Positions 42,607-53,030 of a DNA stretch of 64,000 nt are shown here, in pieces. Within the stretch, counting starts at the first letter, position 1. Each line of letters starts with the position of its first letter. This DNA is from Vicinamibacteria bacterium. GTDB taxonomy: Bacteria; Acidobacteriota; Vicinamibacteria; Marinacidobacterales; Marinacidobacteraceae. The position numbers and the translations under genes were made by a program. The DNA lies in NCBI GenBank assembly GCA_963668695.2, contig CAXXLQ010000001.1, forward strand, positions 1 to 64,000, in the 5' to 3' direction. Below the pieces are notes generated by a model, which saw nothing but the letters and a program-made list of their open reading frames with translations, made no database searches and was not told the origin of the DNA.

Positions 42607-42994
42607 CGCCGGCCCTGAGCGGGGTCGCCGTCCGGTTTCGTGCACGGTGCCACGGGGCTGATTTGGCAAGACCCCGCTCAGGGCCGGCCCGGCGCTTCGC
42701 GCCGGACTTCCGAAGTGCGGCGGGAGCCGCACGGAGACCCCGGAGCAGGAGGGTTGGAGGTCGGGGAACCCGACTCCCAACCGCTCCTGGCTCGGGAATC
42801 GCAACTCCCTTGCGCGCCTGCGGCGCACTGCGGCGAGTTTCGATTTTGCGCTGTCAATTTGTGAAAGGGGGGTGCCCCCCTTTCACACTTTCCCCCCGGT
42901 CATGCGGGCGGCGAACCTCCGGTTCGCCGCCATTTCGTTTTTTCGCTTGCTTGGCGCTCCGCCACCGCTACTCCGCCAGCCGGAATATGGGAGA

Positions 42995-43045
42995 GGGAAC
43001 GCCGGTCTTCAGACCGGCACCGCACGCCGCAGGCGTGCGAAACGC
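42995..43045 (+). repeat. REP-like double hairpin, intact
   Basis: GGGAACGCCGGTCTTCAGACCGGCACCGCACGCCGCAGGCGTGCG. Confidence 0.75.
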
Positions 43046-43243
43046 GTTCATCTGAGCATCCCTCAAGGCGCTCTACAGCGGGAACGCCTTCAAGAGACAC
43101 CGACTCTTACGTCTTTGGGAGAACCGCAGCCCACCAAACCCGGTGGAGGATCGCGCCGGCCCGGAAATGTCCACCCCCTCCGCTGACACCCCACAGGTGC
43201 GCCGCAGGCGTCTGATATCTGATAAGATATGACATCATACATG

Positions 43244-43666
43244 ATGCGATATGTGCTTGACACCAACATCATCGTCGCCGGTCTGCGCAGTCCGAAAGGC
43301 GCGTCGGCGGCGTTGACGGATCGCGCCCTGAGTGGAGCGTTCGTGCTGCTGCTGTCCGTAGCGCTCGTGCTGGAATACGAGGCCGTGTGCCGCGATCCGG
43401 CGCAGAGGATCGTGTCCGGGCTGAGCGAGGTCGAGGTGGAAGCCATCGTGAAAGCGCTGTGCGCCGTTGCGGAGCCGGTTGAAACCGGGTACCTCTGGCG
43501 GCCGCAGCTACACGATCCTGCGGATGAGATGGTGCTGGACGCCGCCATCAACGGCGGGGCCGACGCGCTGGTCACTTTCAACCGTCAGGACTTCGGTCAG
43601 GCGCCCGGACGCTTTGGCACCGCCCTGCTCTCGCCGCAGGACGCCTTGAGGAGACTCCCGTCATGA
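43244..43666 (+). CDS. PIN domain toxin (PIN_3-like)
   Basis: YVLDTNIIVAGLRS...LEYEAV...WRPQLHDPADEMVLDAA...LVTFN. Confidence 0.9.
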   Translation: MRYVLDTNIIVAGLRSPKGASAALTDRALSGAFVLLLSVALVLEYEAVCRDPAQRIVSGLSEVEVEAIVKALCAVAEPVETGYLWRPQLHDPADEMVLDAAINGGADALVTFNRQDFGQAPGRFGTALLSPQDALRRLPS

Positions 43667-43914
43667 AGAAGCAACTCAGCACCTATCCCCTGCGCCTGCC
43701 GGCGTCGCTGAAGGCGGCCGTTGCCGAGGTGAGCCGGGCCGACGGCACGAGCATCAACCAGTTCGTGGCGACGGCGGTGGCGGAGAAGCTGTCCGTCATG
43801 AAGACCGCCGAGTTCTTCACCGACCGCGCGGCCGGAGCGGAGATCGAGGTCGCGCGCCGACTGCTGCGGCGCGACGGTGGGCAGCCTCCGGCGCCCGAGG
43901 ACCGTATTCCGTAG
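43663..43914 (+). CDS. RHH/HicB-like antitoxin
   Basis: YPLRLPASLK...GTSINQFVATAVAEKL; ATGA overlap with the toxin. Confidence 0.88.
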   Translation: MKKQLSTYPLRLPASLKAAVAEVSRADGTSINQFVATAVAEKLSVMKTAEFFTDRAAGAEIEVARRLLRRDGGQPPAPEDRIP

Positions 43915-44003
43915 GGGCAGTAGCGGTCCCGCTTCGGTTCGGCCGGTCCTGATCCAGCCGTTTCGCCAGGCAGGAGCTCGCTTACTTGAGCTGACTCTTG
44001 GGG

Positions 44004-44979
44004 TCAGCGACGAATCTGACGCCCGAGGACGCTGAGGGCAGCAGCAGCAGCCGTCTTGTGGTCCTTGCGCCACGGCGTTCCCGCCTCTCGGCCGAACCGG
44101 GCGATGAGCGAGGTGACCTCGGATACGTCGACCCCCATTGCCTCGGCCGCCAGTACCGCCGGGTCCGTCCGGCGCGGGTACCTCCGGACCTCCATGCCGC
44201 GTTCGGATGCCGCGTTCGCATGCCGCGTTCGAATGCCGCGTTCGGCCGCCGCCTGGGCTAGGGACTCGCGGTACAGCATCCCGTCGGCGGCCAGGGTTAA
44301 CAGCCGGTGGTGAAACCCACGCGGCCCAGTTCTCCCGGTGGGGGCTCGGCCGGCGATCCATCCCGGCCAAACAGCCTGTGATGAAACCCACGCGGCCCAG
44401 TTCTCCCGGTGGGGCCTCGGCCGGCGATCCATCCCGGCTGACCGCGTCGCTTCGCGCCGCTCATCGTTGCGTTTCGGTCGAAATACACTCGGGCCAGTTC
44501 TCCCGGTGGGGGCTCCTCCCTCACGCGCCTTGTCAGCCGGACCCCCACCGGGAGAACTGGGCCTCGCCCCCACCGGGAGACTGGCCAGCCTCGGCGCTCA
44601 CGCGGGTTCCACCACAGGCTGTTAAAGGACGTGACCTCAGGACCTCCTCGAGCGAGTCGGGCAAGCTGTCATACGGACTCGCGGGCAGGATCAGCACCCG
44701 GGCCCGAAAGGTCGCGAGCATCGTCGAGATCGCCGCGCTCGCGTGTTCCGCTACCGATCGCCTCACCCGGTTCACGAGGTCGGTTGCCGCTCGGATGTCC
44801 AGCTCCAAGGCCTCGTGGTGGTAGGGCGCGCTCGGGAGACCCTTCGGGAGGCCCTTGTCGATCAGCTCGACGCGCCGGCGATCGAGGAAGACGGGAGCGG
44901 AGTCTGCTACCGCGAGGGTGACCAGCTCGGCCCGCGCGTAGTGGTCGGAGGCCCCGATGACGGGTTCGGCGACACTCAC
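44004..44979 (-). pseudogene. Hypothetical gene split by MITE copy 3
   Basis: Removing the MITE and one TA restores ...EEVLRSRPLTLAADGMLYRE...; motifs DRRRVEL, PYHH, PWRKDHK. Confidence 0.8.
44300..44622. mobile_element. MITE copy 3 (323 bp, left ~70 bp tandemly duplicated)
   Basis: TA-ACAGCCGGTGGTGAAACC ... GGTTCCACCACAGGCTGT-TA; empty site GGGTTAAAGG. Confidence 0.88.
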
Positions 44980-45249
44980 TGCTGACGACTGTAGCGGGGG
45001 CGGGTGGCAGGCGCTCCCTTGCTCGACAGCGCCTGCCGGAGGCGGGCGGGAGCCCGGGCGGGAGCTTGGTCCGGAACCCTCCGGAACGCGTTCGAAGCTA
45101 CCTAATTTTTCCGGTAATCTGTAGGGCGGTTTCCGAATTCCAAGTCGCCGGTCTGCGCAGTCCGAAAGGAACACCGGCACGGCAACCAGGGCCCAAGGAA
45201 CCAGGCGGCATGACCAACAACCCGAACCTTAACTCAATTGAAAGGAAGA

Positions 45250-47664
45250 ATGACAATGAGAATCACAACAGGAATAACACTAGCGCTGTTGATGTCCACA
45301 GCAGGGTGCGGGGGTGACGGCGAGGACGGTGGGGTCCTGTCTCCAACAGGACCCTCAGCAGTGAGTTCGCCAGCGACACGCATGTCGTCGAGCCCAATGG
45401 GGACGACGAACGCACAGGCGCACGGCGGGTTGGCAACCGCCCAACTCAACAACATGAAGTCAGCAAAGCCAGACACCCGGACGGTCGACTTCTCTAGTGT
45501 GAAGTGGGCGTGGAACGCCGCGAGAACACACCTGGAACCGGACAGCTTCCCGGACGCCAGGGTGCGGTCAGGATCCAATGTCTGGCGCCGGGACAGTGGC
45601 ACGGGGCTCATCCGCATCTTGAGCGACACTGACCTCAGTGGGATGAGCTTCAGCACCTCAGGGTCAAGCTGGCCTCTGAGCATGAGGCGGGCCGGGCTGT
45701 ATGTGTCTGATATCAGCGGCGACGACGTTGAGAGGATCCGAGCCGGCGGTGGCATCGGGGGCAGGGCCGACGAGCCCACAGCTATAAACTGCTGGGCCTC
45801 GGAGGCCGGTAAAGAGGTCACAGTCGACGCAGTCGGCGCCAGCATCGAGACGCCCGTCGAGGTCACGTGCAACAGGAGCATAGACCTACCCGACGACGAG
45901 GCCGTCGTAAAAACCGCCGCGGTGCCTTCGGCTAGCCCCGATTGGATCGATCTCATTCATAACCGATACGCCCTGAGGGTTCCTGCCGGACGTTCGGTTT
46001 ATGTCGATGTGATTCTTTACCCCGATGATAACGGAACGTCCGCGCGGGTCGGGAATGTGGTCTGGCCGCCGGTACCGCCGGGTGAGATGGCGTCCTTGAG
46101 CGCGCTCGTGGTACATCAACCTGGCAGAACCGTCGGTTCTGCCAATCCACCCATCATTCTGATCTGCCTCGAACCGAGTTCGTCTTTGCCGAAACGTCCA
46201 GGCCCGTGCCCTGACCGCGTAGAGGTTGGCAGTACCGTGAGCCTCAGAGCCATCGTGCTTCCGCTGCCCTCCGGCTATGTTACGGCAGAAGTGAATGGCA
46301 GCCTAAACGGCAAGATCGAATGTAGTGTCGGTAGGACAGCGAGAACCTGCGGTTGGCGTATATCGCAGCTGTCTGGATCTGGTACTCCAGGACGCTTCGT
46401 GAACGGCGATAGTGAGATCCTCACGTGGAAGGCTCCGTCTTCTCCAGGCAGCGTGACGATCGGGGCCAGATATCAGATCTATGTGCAGGGGGTTGGCGGT
46501 TTCTTCCCGATACCAGAACATTGGAGCGACAATAAGGGAGACGCCGCTGGTTCAAACACACTCACCTTCGACGTGATCGAACCCACTCCCCCACCGGACC
46601 TGCGTCCGCATCTTTCGTGCGACAACGGGGAGCCGCTCCCCACGGACAGCTCGCCCCGTCCGAACGACCCCCCCCGGATGGGATCTTGTGATTCGATTGA
46701 CGGCGCGGACGTCGAGGTCACCTTGACGGTCACAAGACCTAACGGGACCACGGTTTCCTCACTGCTCTACACTGTCGAGTGGGATGTGAGGGGTGGAGAG
46801 CACGCCATCAGCTCCTCACATCCAACCTCTACCACAAGCAGAGCGAACCATCTTCTGACCTGGTCGAGCACGGGACTCACGACTGGTGATCAAGGAGTCG
46901 TGACCGCCGCTGCGCGACCCAATGGCTACGACTACGCCTTCAACTCCACCCAGGTCACCATCATCGTGAAGGAGAGGGATCTGCCGCCGGTGGTGAGCGA
47001 GATCGCCTGCACTCCCAGGGTGACACCGCAGGGAGACAACCCCGCCGTCTGCACAGCAACGCTCGACGCTCCGGGCGGACAGGGGCACCTTGTCGATCTC
47101 AGTATCGACGCATCCGATCCCAACGATGATCCGCTGACGTACATCTGGAGGGCAGCCAACGGTAGCTTCAACGGCGGTGTACGCACTAACCAGACTACCT
47201 GGGACGCCGCTGGGCTCTCGCCGGGCCAGTACACCGTGACCGTGACTGTCGCTGAACGCATCACCGGTGGTCAGGAGCGGACCGTGAACGTGAATGTGGC
47301 GAGATACGCACCTCCTATCGCCTATGTCTGCACCCCCGACAGTGGGTGGGAGAACGGGACGCTGTTCCCGATGATCGGGGATCCGTACTGCGGTCAGTTC
47401 CACGACACCCATATCAGCAACTTCCGATGGTTCACGACGGAAGTCGGCGCACGTGGCGCTTCGGAGGTGACCTTGGTGGGAGGCGGGAACAGCATTTGCG
47501 GCGTGGCAGCGGGTGTGTGCAAGGAGAGAGAGGATCCGTGGAATTCGAGCTACGATCCAGACGATCCCAAGTACGACCCCAACGACGAGGCCTACAGCCC
47601 GAACTACGACGACGGGAACGGCAACGTCTACCAGTGGGTCAACGTATACCCGATAAATCCATAG
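45250..47664 (+). CDS. Large surface lipoprotein with Ig/PKD-like beta domains
   Basis: Lipobox TAG-C; DASDPNDDPLTYIW and PGQYTVTVTV motifs; Thr/Ser/Cys-rich; lower GC. Confidence 0.7.
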   Translation: MTMRITTGITLALLMSTAGCGGDGEDGGVLSPTGPSAVSSPATRMSSSPMGTTNAQAHGGLATAQLNNMKSAKPDTRTVDFSSVKWAWNAARTHLEPDSFPDARVRSGSNVWRRDSGTGLIRILSDTDLSGMSFSTSGSSWPLSMRRAGLYVSDISGDDVERIRAGGGIGGRADEPTAINCWASEAGKEVTVDAVGASIETPVEVTCNRSIDLPDDEAVVKTAAVPSASPDWIDLIHNRYALRVPAGRSVYVDVILYPDDNGTSARVGNVVWPPVPPGEMASLSALVVHQPGRTVGSANPPIILICLEPSSSLPKRPGPCPDRVEVGSTVSLRAIVLPLPSGYVTAEVNGSLNGKIECSVGRTARTCGWRISQLSGSGTPGRFVNGDSEILTWKAPSSPGSVTIGARYQIYVQGVGGFFPIPEHWSDNKGDAAGSNTLTFDVIEPTPPPDLRPHLSCDNGEPLPTDSSPRPNDPPRMGSCDSIDGADVEVTLTVTRPNGTTVSSLLYTVEWDVRGGEHAISSSHPTSTTSRANHLLTWSSTGLTTGDQGVVTAAARPNGYDYAFNSTQVTIIVKERDLPPVVSEIACTPRVTPQGDNPAVCTATLDAPGGQGHLVDLSIDASDPNDDPLTYIWRAANGSFNGGVRTNQTTWDAAGLSPGQYTVTVTVAERITGGQERTVNVNVARYAPPIAYVCTPDSGWENGTLFPMIGDPYCGQFHDTHISNFRWFTTEVGARGASEVTLVGGGNSICGVAAGVCKEREDPWNSSYDPDDPKYDPNDEAYSPNYDDGNGNVYQWVNVYPINP

Positions 47665-47844
47665 TAGAACCCTCGGCCGCCGGTAGCATTGTGCTCCCGG
47701 CGGCCATTCACGCGCCAACTGCATCGCGTGTCTGGTCGCGACCGAAACCAACATCCCGATTCATGTCGACAACACGCCGCGCGGTTCTCGATGCCGTCAC
47801 TGCGACCCGGCACCTTCGTGCTGCTCGGCCGTCGTTCCCCGGGG

Positions 47845-49184
47845 TTACAGGACCGTCACTGGTTCCGTCGCCGGCGCCGCACGGACCGTGTTCTCCCCGC
47901 TCAGTTGCCACACCCGGCGCGCCCGCGCCGCCAGATCGTCGAGCAGGGTGTAGAAGAACGGGAGGATCACCAGGGTGAGGACGGTGGAGGCGGCGAGTCC
48001 GCCGATCACCGCCCGCGCCAGCGGGAAGTAGTAGAGACCGTCGAGCCCGGTCCGTCCGACCGCCATCGGGAAGAGGGCGAGCATGGTGGCGCCGGCGGTC
48101 ATCAGGATCGGCCGCAGCCGGTCGCGTCCGCCGACGAGCAGCGCCTCGCTGCGGTCCATGCCTTCGCGGCGCAGCTTGTTCACGTGGTCGATCAGCACGA
48201 TCCCGTTCTTGACCACGATCCCCATCAGGATGAGCATCCCGATCTGAGCCATGAGGTTGAAGGGGCTGTCCGTGAAGAGCAGCGTCCAGCTCGCGCCCCA
48301 GAGCGCGTACGGGATCGAAATCAGGATCGCGAGGGGGTGGATCAGCGATTCGAACTGGGCGGCCATCACGATGTAGATCAGGAGCAGCGCGAGCAGGTAG
48401 TTCACCGCCATGGTCTGGAGATCGGTGTCCTGCCGGGTGATCCGGTCCCCGAAGGACCACGAATAGCCCGCGGGGAGGGCCATGGCGTCCAGTTCCTCCT
48501 CGATCGCGGCGCGGGCGTCGTCCCACTCCTCGCCCTCGTAGGCGGCGCGGAGCGTCGCCACCGCCTTCCGGTCCACCCGCCGGATCGCCCGGCTGCGTTC
48601 CACGATCTCGAAGTCGGCCAGATCGCCGAGCAGGATCGGGACGCCGCCGTCGGACATCAGCGTGAAGTTTTCAAGGTCCTCCACCCGGGAGACGTCCTTT
48701 TGGGACATCGTGAGGAGCACCTCGGCCTCCCGGTCCTCGGTCTGGAAACGCCGGAGCGGCCGCCCCCCGAGCGTGAAGCCGAAGATCTCGGCGAGGTCCT
48801 GCGGGGTGATGCCGAGGCGGGCGGCCTCCTCGACCCGCGGCCGCACCACGACTTCCTTCCGGGGAGTGTCCTCGGTGCTCCGGATATCGGCGACGCCCCC
48901 GACGCCCGCTATCCGCGTCTCGGCGCGCTTCGCGAACTCAGCGAGCCTTTCGGAGTCCTCCCCGTAGAACCGGCCTCCTCGATGGGGCGCGTGACCAGCG
49001 TTTCGACCTCGATGGGCGCCGCGCCCGCCATTCGGGTCTCGACCGTCAGGGTGGGATAGGAGATCTCCGGCAGCAGATTGACCGGCAGCCGGCCGAGGGC
49101 CACGAACCCGAACACGCAGGTGGCCACGGTGAACATGGCGACGGTCACCGGCCGCCGGATGCAGGAAGTGATCAGGGATTTCAC
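47845..49184 (-). pseudogene. Chimeric RND remnant: 5' end of permease 1 fused out of frame to the 3' end of permease 2
   Basis: Junction GTAGAACCGGCCTCCTCG at ~48970 joins sequence equivalent to 36027 and 41021 (~5 kb deletion). Confidence 0.9.
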
Positions 49185-49229
49185 GGGGCTGATTTCACGG
49201 GGTTGGCAGTCCGGAATCCGTCCGGTGAA

Positions 49230-50333
49230 TCAGTTGCCGTTCAGGATTTGGACCAAGTCGCCCGGGGTCAGCGCGCCGTGGCCGGCAACCACCACGCGCG
49301 CTCCCGCCTCGAGCCCGTCCAGCAGTTCGATGAGCGCCCCCTCGGGGCTCTCCATCTCGATCCCTACGGTCACTTCGCGCCGCACCGCGCGGCCGTCCTC
49401 GACCACGAAGACGTGGGCGCCGCCCTCGCTCTGGATGATCGCCCGCTTCGGAACCAGCACTGCGTTCTCACGCCGGCCGGTCTCGATGACCACGCGGGCG
49501 AAGGAGCCGGGACGGATGACCGCCCCCGCCGGGCGCGGAAGCGCGACGGTCACCTTCACGGTGCCGGTGTTGCGGTCCACCACCGGGCTGACCTCCCGGA
49601 CCCGTCCCACCAGGCCGCTCCCGCTCGCGTCCGACTCCCGCCGGACCACCGCCGGCAGACCCGGCGCCAGACCGATCACGTCCCGCTCCGGGACATAGAG
49701 CCGCGCCACCAGAGTGTCGAAGTCGGCCAGCGTCAGCAGGTGCTGCGCGGGCTCGAGCCGGCCGCCCTCGACCAGCAGGAGCTCGGTGACCTTGCCCGCG
49801 AAGGGAGCGCGGATCTCGGTCCGTTCCAGCTCCAGCCGAGCGGTTTCCAGTTCCGAGGCGGCGAGGTCGCGATCGAAGCGCGCCTTCTCGTAGTCCCACT
49901 CGGAGACCAGGTCCTGTTCGAACGCCCGCTTCTGCCTCGAGAGTTCCGCATCGGCCCGCGAGAGCCGGAGATCGGCCTGCTGGAACGCGAGCCGGCGCTC
50001 GCGGGCGTCCACCCGGGCCAGCACGTCACCGGCGGCGACCGAATCGCCCTCGCGGACCCGGATCTCGGTGAGGACTCCGGAGGTCTCGGAGAACACCTGC
50101 GCGGTGCGTTCGGCCTCGACCGCCGAGGTGGTGGCGAGATGGAGGGTCACCGGGCCGAGCCGGGCTTCGGCGACGCTCACCGGCGTCCGGGCCGCTTCTT
50201 CAGCGGCGGTATCGATCTCGCGGGCCTCGCTGACCTCGGTCAGGGACGGGAGGACGAAGGCACCCAGCCCGGCTATTCCAAGGACGGTGGCGCCGACCAG
50301 CCAAATCAGGGACTTGCGCTTCATGTCCCTCAC
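49230..50333 (-). CDS. Second copy of the RND MFP with a different N-terminus
   Basis: Protein identical to 41278..42372 from RTPVSVAEAR onward; first ~48 aa diverged. Confidence 0.9.
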   Translation of the reverse strand: MRDMKRKSLIWLVGATVLGIAGLGAFVLPSLTEVSEAREIDTAAEEAARTPVSVAEARLGPVTLHLATTSAVEAERTAQVFSETSGVLTEIRVREGDSVAAGDVLARVDARERRLAFQQADLRLSRADAELSRQKRAFEQDLVSEWDYEKARFDRDLAASELETARLELERTEIRAPFAGKVTELLLVEGGRLEPAQHLLTLADFDTLVARLYVPERDVIGLAPGLPAVVRRESDASGSGLVGRVREVSPVVDRNTGTVKVTVALPRPAGAVIRPGSFARVVIETGRRENAVLVPKRAIIQSEGGAHVFVVEDGRAVRREVTVGIEMESPEGALIELLDGLEAGARVVVAGHGALTPGDLVQILNGN

Positions 50334-50397
50334 TAACGGATATTGCGGCTCCGAGGTTCCGGCTTACTGCGACAATGTCGGGCGCCCGTTCGGACAT

Positions 50398-50469
50398 GCG
50401 CGGTTAGCTCAGTGGGAGAGCGCCTGCCTTACACGCAGGTGGTCGCAGGTTCAAATCCTGCACCGCGCA
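50398..50469 (+). tRNA. tRNA-Val(TAC), second copy, CCA not encoded
   Basis: Same as 42532 copy except one D-loop base; followed by CTG instead of CCA. Confidence 0.9.
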
Positions 50470-50899
50470 CTGAGCGGTCCGGAAAGGGGGCGCGTAGATC
50501 GGTTTCTCGTAGCGAGGTGAAGAGAGACTCGATCGGAGCGCCCCCTTTCCGGACCGCCCGGCGCTTCGCGCCGGTCCGCTGTGACAGCATCCTAAACCGT
50601 TGATTTATCTTGCGATTACAAGTTATCTCGAAAACCGAATATCACGTCTGGCATCACAGCCGCGATGGGCGGGCGCGTCTGGGTCGAAGGGAGTAGCCGC
50701 AGGAACGCAGATCACCTTCGAAAGGCTGCCCGACAGGGCCGCGAAGGCGCTTCTGGCCGACTGGGAACACCCGAAGGGCTTCCAACGCGAACCCCGGGTC
50801 GGCGTCTTCCAGAGACAGAAGACGAAGTGGACCAATCGGCCAAGGCGGGACGGAAACGAGGGACTACTTTGGATCCGCCGTGTGAGTTGAAACCGACCC

Positions 50900-51700
50900 T
50901 TAACCCACTGCTGATCGGGGTACCCAGATCGCGTCGTTGGGCAGTTGCCCAAGCGCCTCACGCTCATCTCTAGCAAGACTCGCGACCCACGCGCTCAGGA
51001 AGGCATCCAGTTTGTCATGGCTGGAGCCGTAACCCTGTTTCTGGAGACGGTGCTTTAGATCATCGGTGGATTCCCACCCTGTCAACCGACACACGGCATT
51101 CAATCGACTCTGGAAGCCAGCTGCCGAAGATTTCTTGGGCTTAGCTGCTTTGAGCCGAACAGAAATGGCATGTGGATGCGTCTCAAGAAACTCGGTCTCA
51201 GCGAAGGCAGCCGTCAGTGCTCGCCAGATCTGAAATCCCGCGAGCATCCAGAGTCGGTTCGCACTAGGCAGATAGCTCGTTTCTCCTCCTTTACACAGAT
51301 GCTCCCTGGCTCTCCGTCGGATCTCTTTGAACTCAGTGCGAGAGGGCGTAACGAAGAAAGCAATGCCGTGCTTACGTAGTTCTTCCTCCGACTCCCTCAG
51401 CCCGCGATCCTCCGACCGATAATCCCGCGGTGCATCAATCGCGATTCGAACGATTTCAAGCTTCCGGCACTGCGCAACCTCCGCAAGGAATTCTGCCGTC
51501 TGCTTGGCAAATTGGGCCGTTTCTTTCTCCCACAGGATCGCGGCGTTACCAGGGCCGAGTGGTGATTTCAGGTCTCGAAGCTCTAGCGGAACTAGGCGGT
51601 TGTGCTCACGAACGCATGCCGACACCGGTACGCGTTTGTTCCGGGATACCGACACATCAATCCCAACATACGCCTCCCGGACGGACGATCCAATGTGCAA
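50900..51700 (-). CDS. DUF429 family predicted nuclease (RNase H-like); start approximate
   Basis: YVGIDV, IAIDAP, ETHPH, DKLDAFLSA, IWVP motifs; lower GC. Confidence 0.75.
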   Translation of the reverse strand: MHIGSSVREAYVGIDVSVSRNKRVPVSACVREHNRLVPLELRDLKSPLGPGNAAILWEKETAQFAKQTAEFLAEVAQCRKLEIVRIAIDAPRDYRSEDRGLRESEEELRKHGIAFFVTPSRTEFKEIRRRAREHLCKGGETSYLPSANRLWMLAGFQIWRALTAAFAETEFLETHPHAISVRLKAAKPKKSSAAGFQSRLNAVCRLTGWESTDDLKHRLQKQGYGSSHDKLDAFLSAWVASLARDEREALGQLPNDAIWVPRSAVG

Positions 51701-51884
51701 AGAACGCGCACGAAACGGCACACCGGGAGTATGGAATGGGTCGAACGGTCTGTCCACCACCGGCTGGTCCGCCCGCGTGACGCGGCAGGCGACCACAACG
51801 GTGCTGGTGTCCCGCGCGGCAATGAAGGGGCTGCCGGCAGGACCGAACCGGCGAACGCGGTACACTCGATTGCATCAGCAACCG

Positions 51885-53030
51885 GTGACCGCATGGGCTC
51901 GCACCGCCGCCGTCCTTCTGCTAGCGGGCTGCGGCACAGGGACAGACGGCGCGCCCGTCACACCTCCAGCTACGCCCACTGCTCCCTCCCCCGAGCCCGT
52001 CGCACCACCGGCGCCTGTCCTCCAAGCCTGGGTGTCGGTCTACTCGGTCCCAAGCCCCTATTCAGGCAACTACACCGAGGGCATGTGGATTCGGCTGATT
52101 GCGGAGTTCGAGGAACCGGTCAGGGTGAACGGCTCGCCCCGGCTGGCAATCAAGATCGGGGAGGCGATTCGCCATGCCGACTTCTCACCGTACGAACTGG
52201 GACATCGCTACTCCACTCCCGAACACCGTGTTCGGGGAGACTACCTGCCACGGTTCGATTATCTAGTTCGTGCGGATGACATTGACAACGACGGGTTCAG
52301 CATCGGGGTGGACGCCTTTGACTTCACCGGAGGGGCTCTTCTGAACGAGGCAGGCGTGGAGGTCGAGGTCGAGATCTACTCCGTCACACCCACCGAATCC
52401 GATGATGGGTTTGCCGAGCCTGGGTTGGATCTCGGTTCTCACCCGGTGGACGGGATGCCACGCCTGAGGAGATGCACGGACGAACTGGAACGCGCCCGAG
52501 GTGGCCAAGCCATTTTGATCGAAGAGTGGGACGGTACCCCGTTCCTCTTCTATTTCAGCCTTGTGGGGCTGCCCGAGGCTGAGCGGGCGGATGCAGAGCG
52601 TGTATTGGAAGCGGCGGAACGGCTATCGGACCGGATCAAAGACCAGATCGGCTATTCGATCCTTGAAGTCGGAGGCTGGTCCACCGATCCGTTGGTTGAC
52701 TTCAATAGCGACTGTGACTGGCGCCAGCCGAGAAAGATCTTCGCGATGGTGGTGCCTGGCCCGGAGGGACCAGCGCGTGCGAAGCGAAGATGTGGCATTT
52801 GGGCGAGCGAGGGCACTGACTTGGATTTCGGCGCGGGAACCGTCTCGCACGAACTCTTCCACCTTTTCGGTTTCGAGCATCACCCAGAAAACTGGCGATC
52901 CCCGGGGCAATACGACTCTGGCGTGTTCATGTCCAACCGTCTCAGTGGCGTGTACGTGGACGAGGAGGATGTTGGCGTCAGCTTTGAGGACGTGGATGCG
53001 CTACGGTGCATCTTTCCCAAGGCGGGATAA
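51885..53030 (+). CDS. Lipoprotein with Ig-like domain and metzincin zinc protease motif
   Basis: LAG-C lipobox, Pro-rich linker, HELFHLFGFEH (HExxHxxGxxH) with a downstream Met (VFMS). Confidence 0.75.
   Translation: MTAWARTAAVLLLAGCGTGTDGAPVTPPATPTAPSPEPVAPPAPVLQAWVSVYSVPSPYSGNYTEGMWIRLIAEFEEPVRVNGSPRLAIKIGEAIRHADFSPYELGHRYSTPEHRVRGDYLPRFDYLVRADDIDNDGFSIGVDAFDFTGGALLNEAGVEVEVEIYSVTPTESDDGFAEPGLDLGSHPVDGMPRLRRCTDELERARGGQAILIEEWDGTPFLFYFSLVGLPEAERADAERVLEAAERLSDRIKDQIGYSILEVGGWSTDPLVDFNSDCDWRQPRKIFAMVVPGPEGPARAKRRCGIWASEGTDLDFGAGTVSHELFHLFGFEHHPENWRSPGQYDSGVFMSNRLSGVYVDEEDVGVSFEDVDALRCIFPKAG

Noticed and set aside
44326-44584. Clustered 20-bp motifs as a CRISPR array
   Set aside because: Both orientations, irregular spacing, and the intervening DNA is MITE sequence shared with other copies rather than unique spacers
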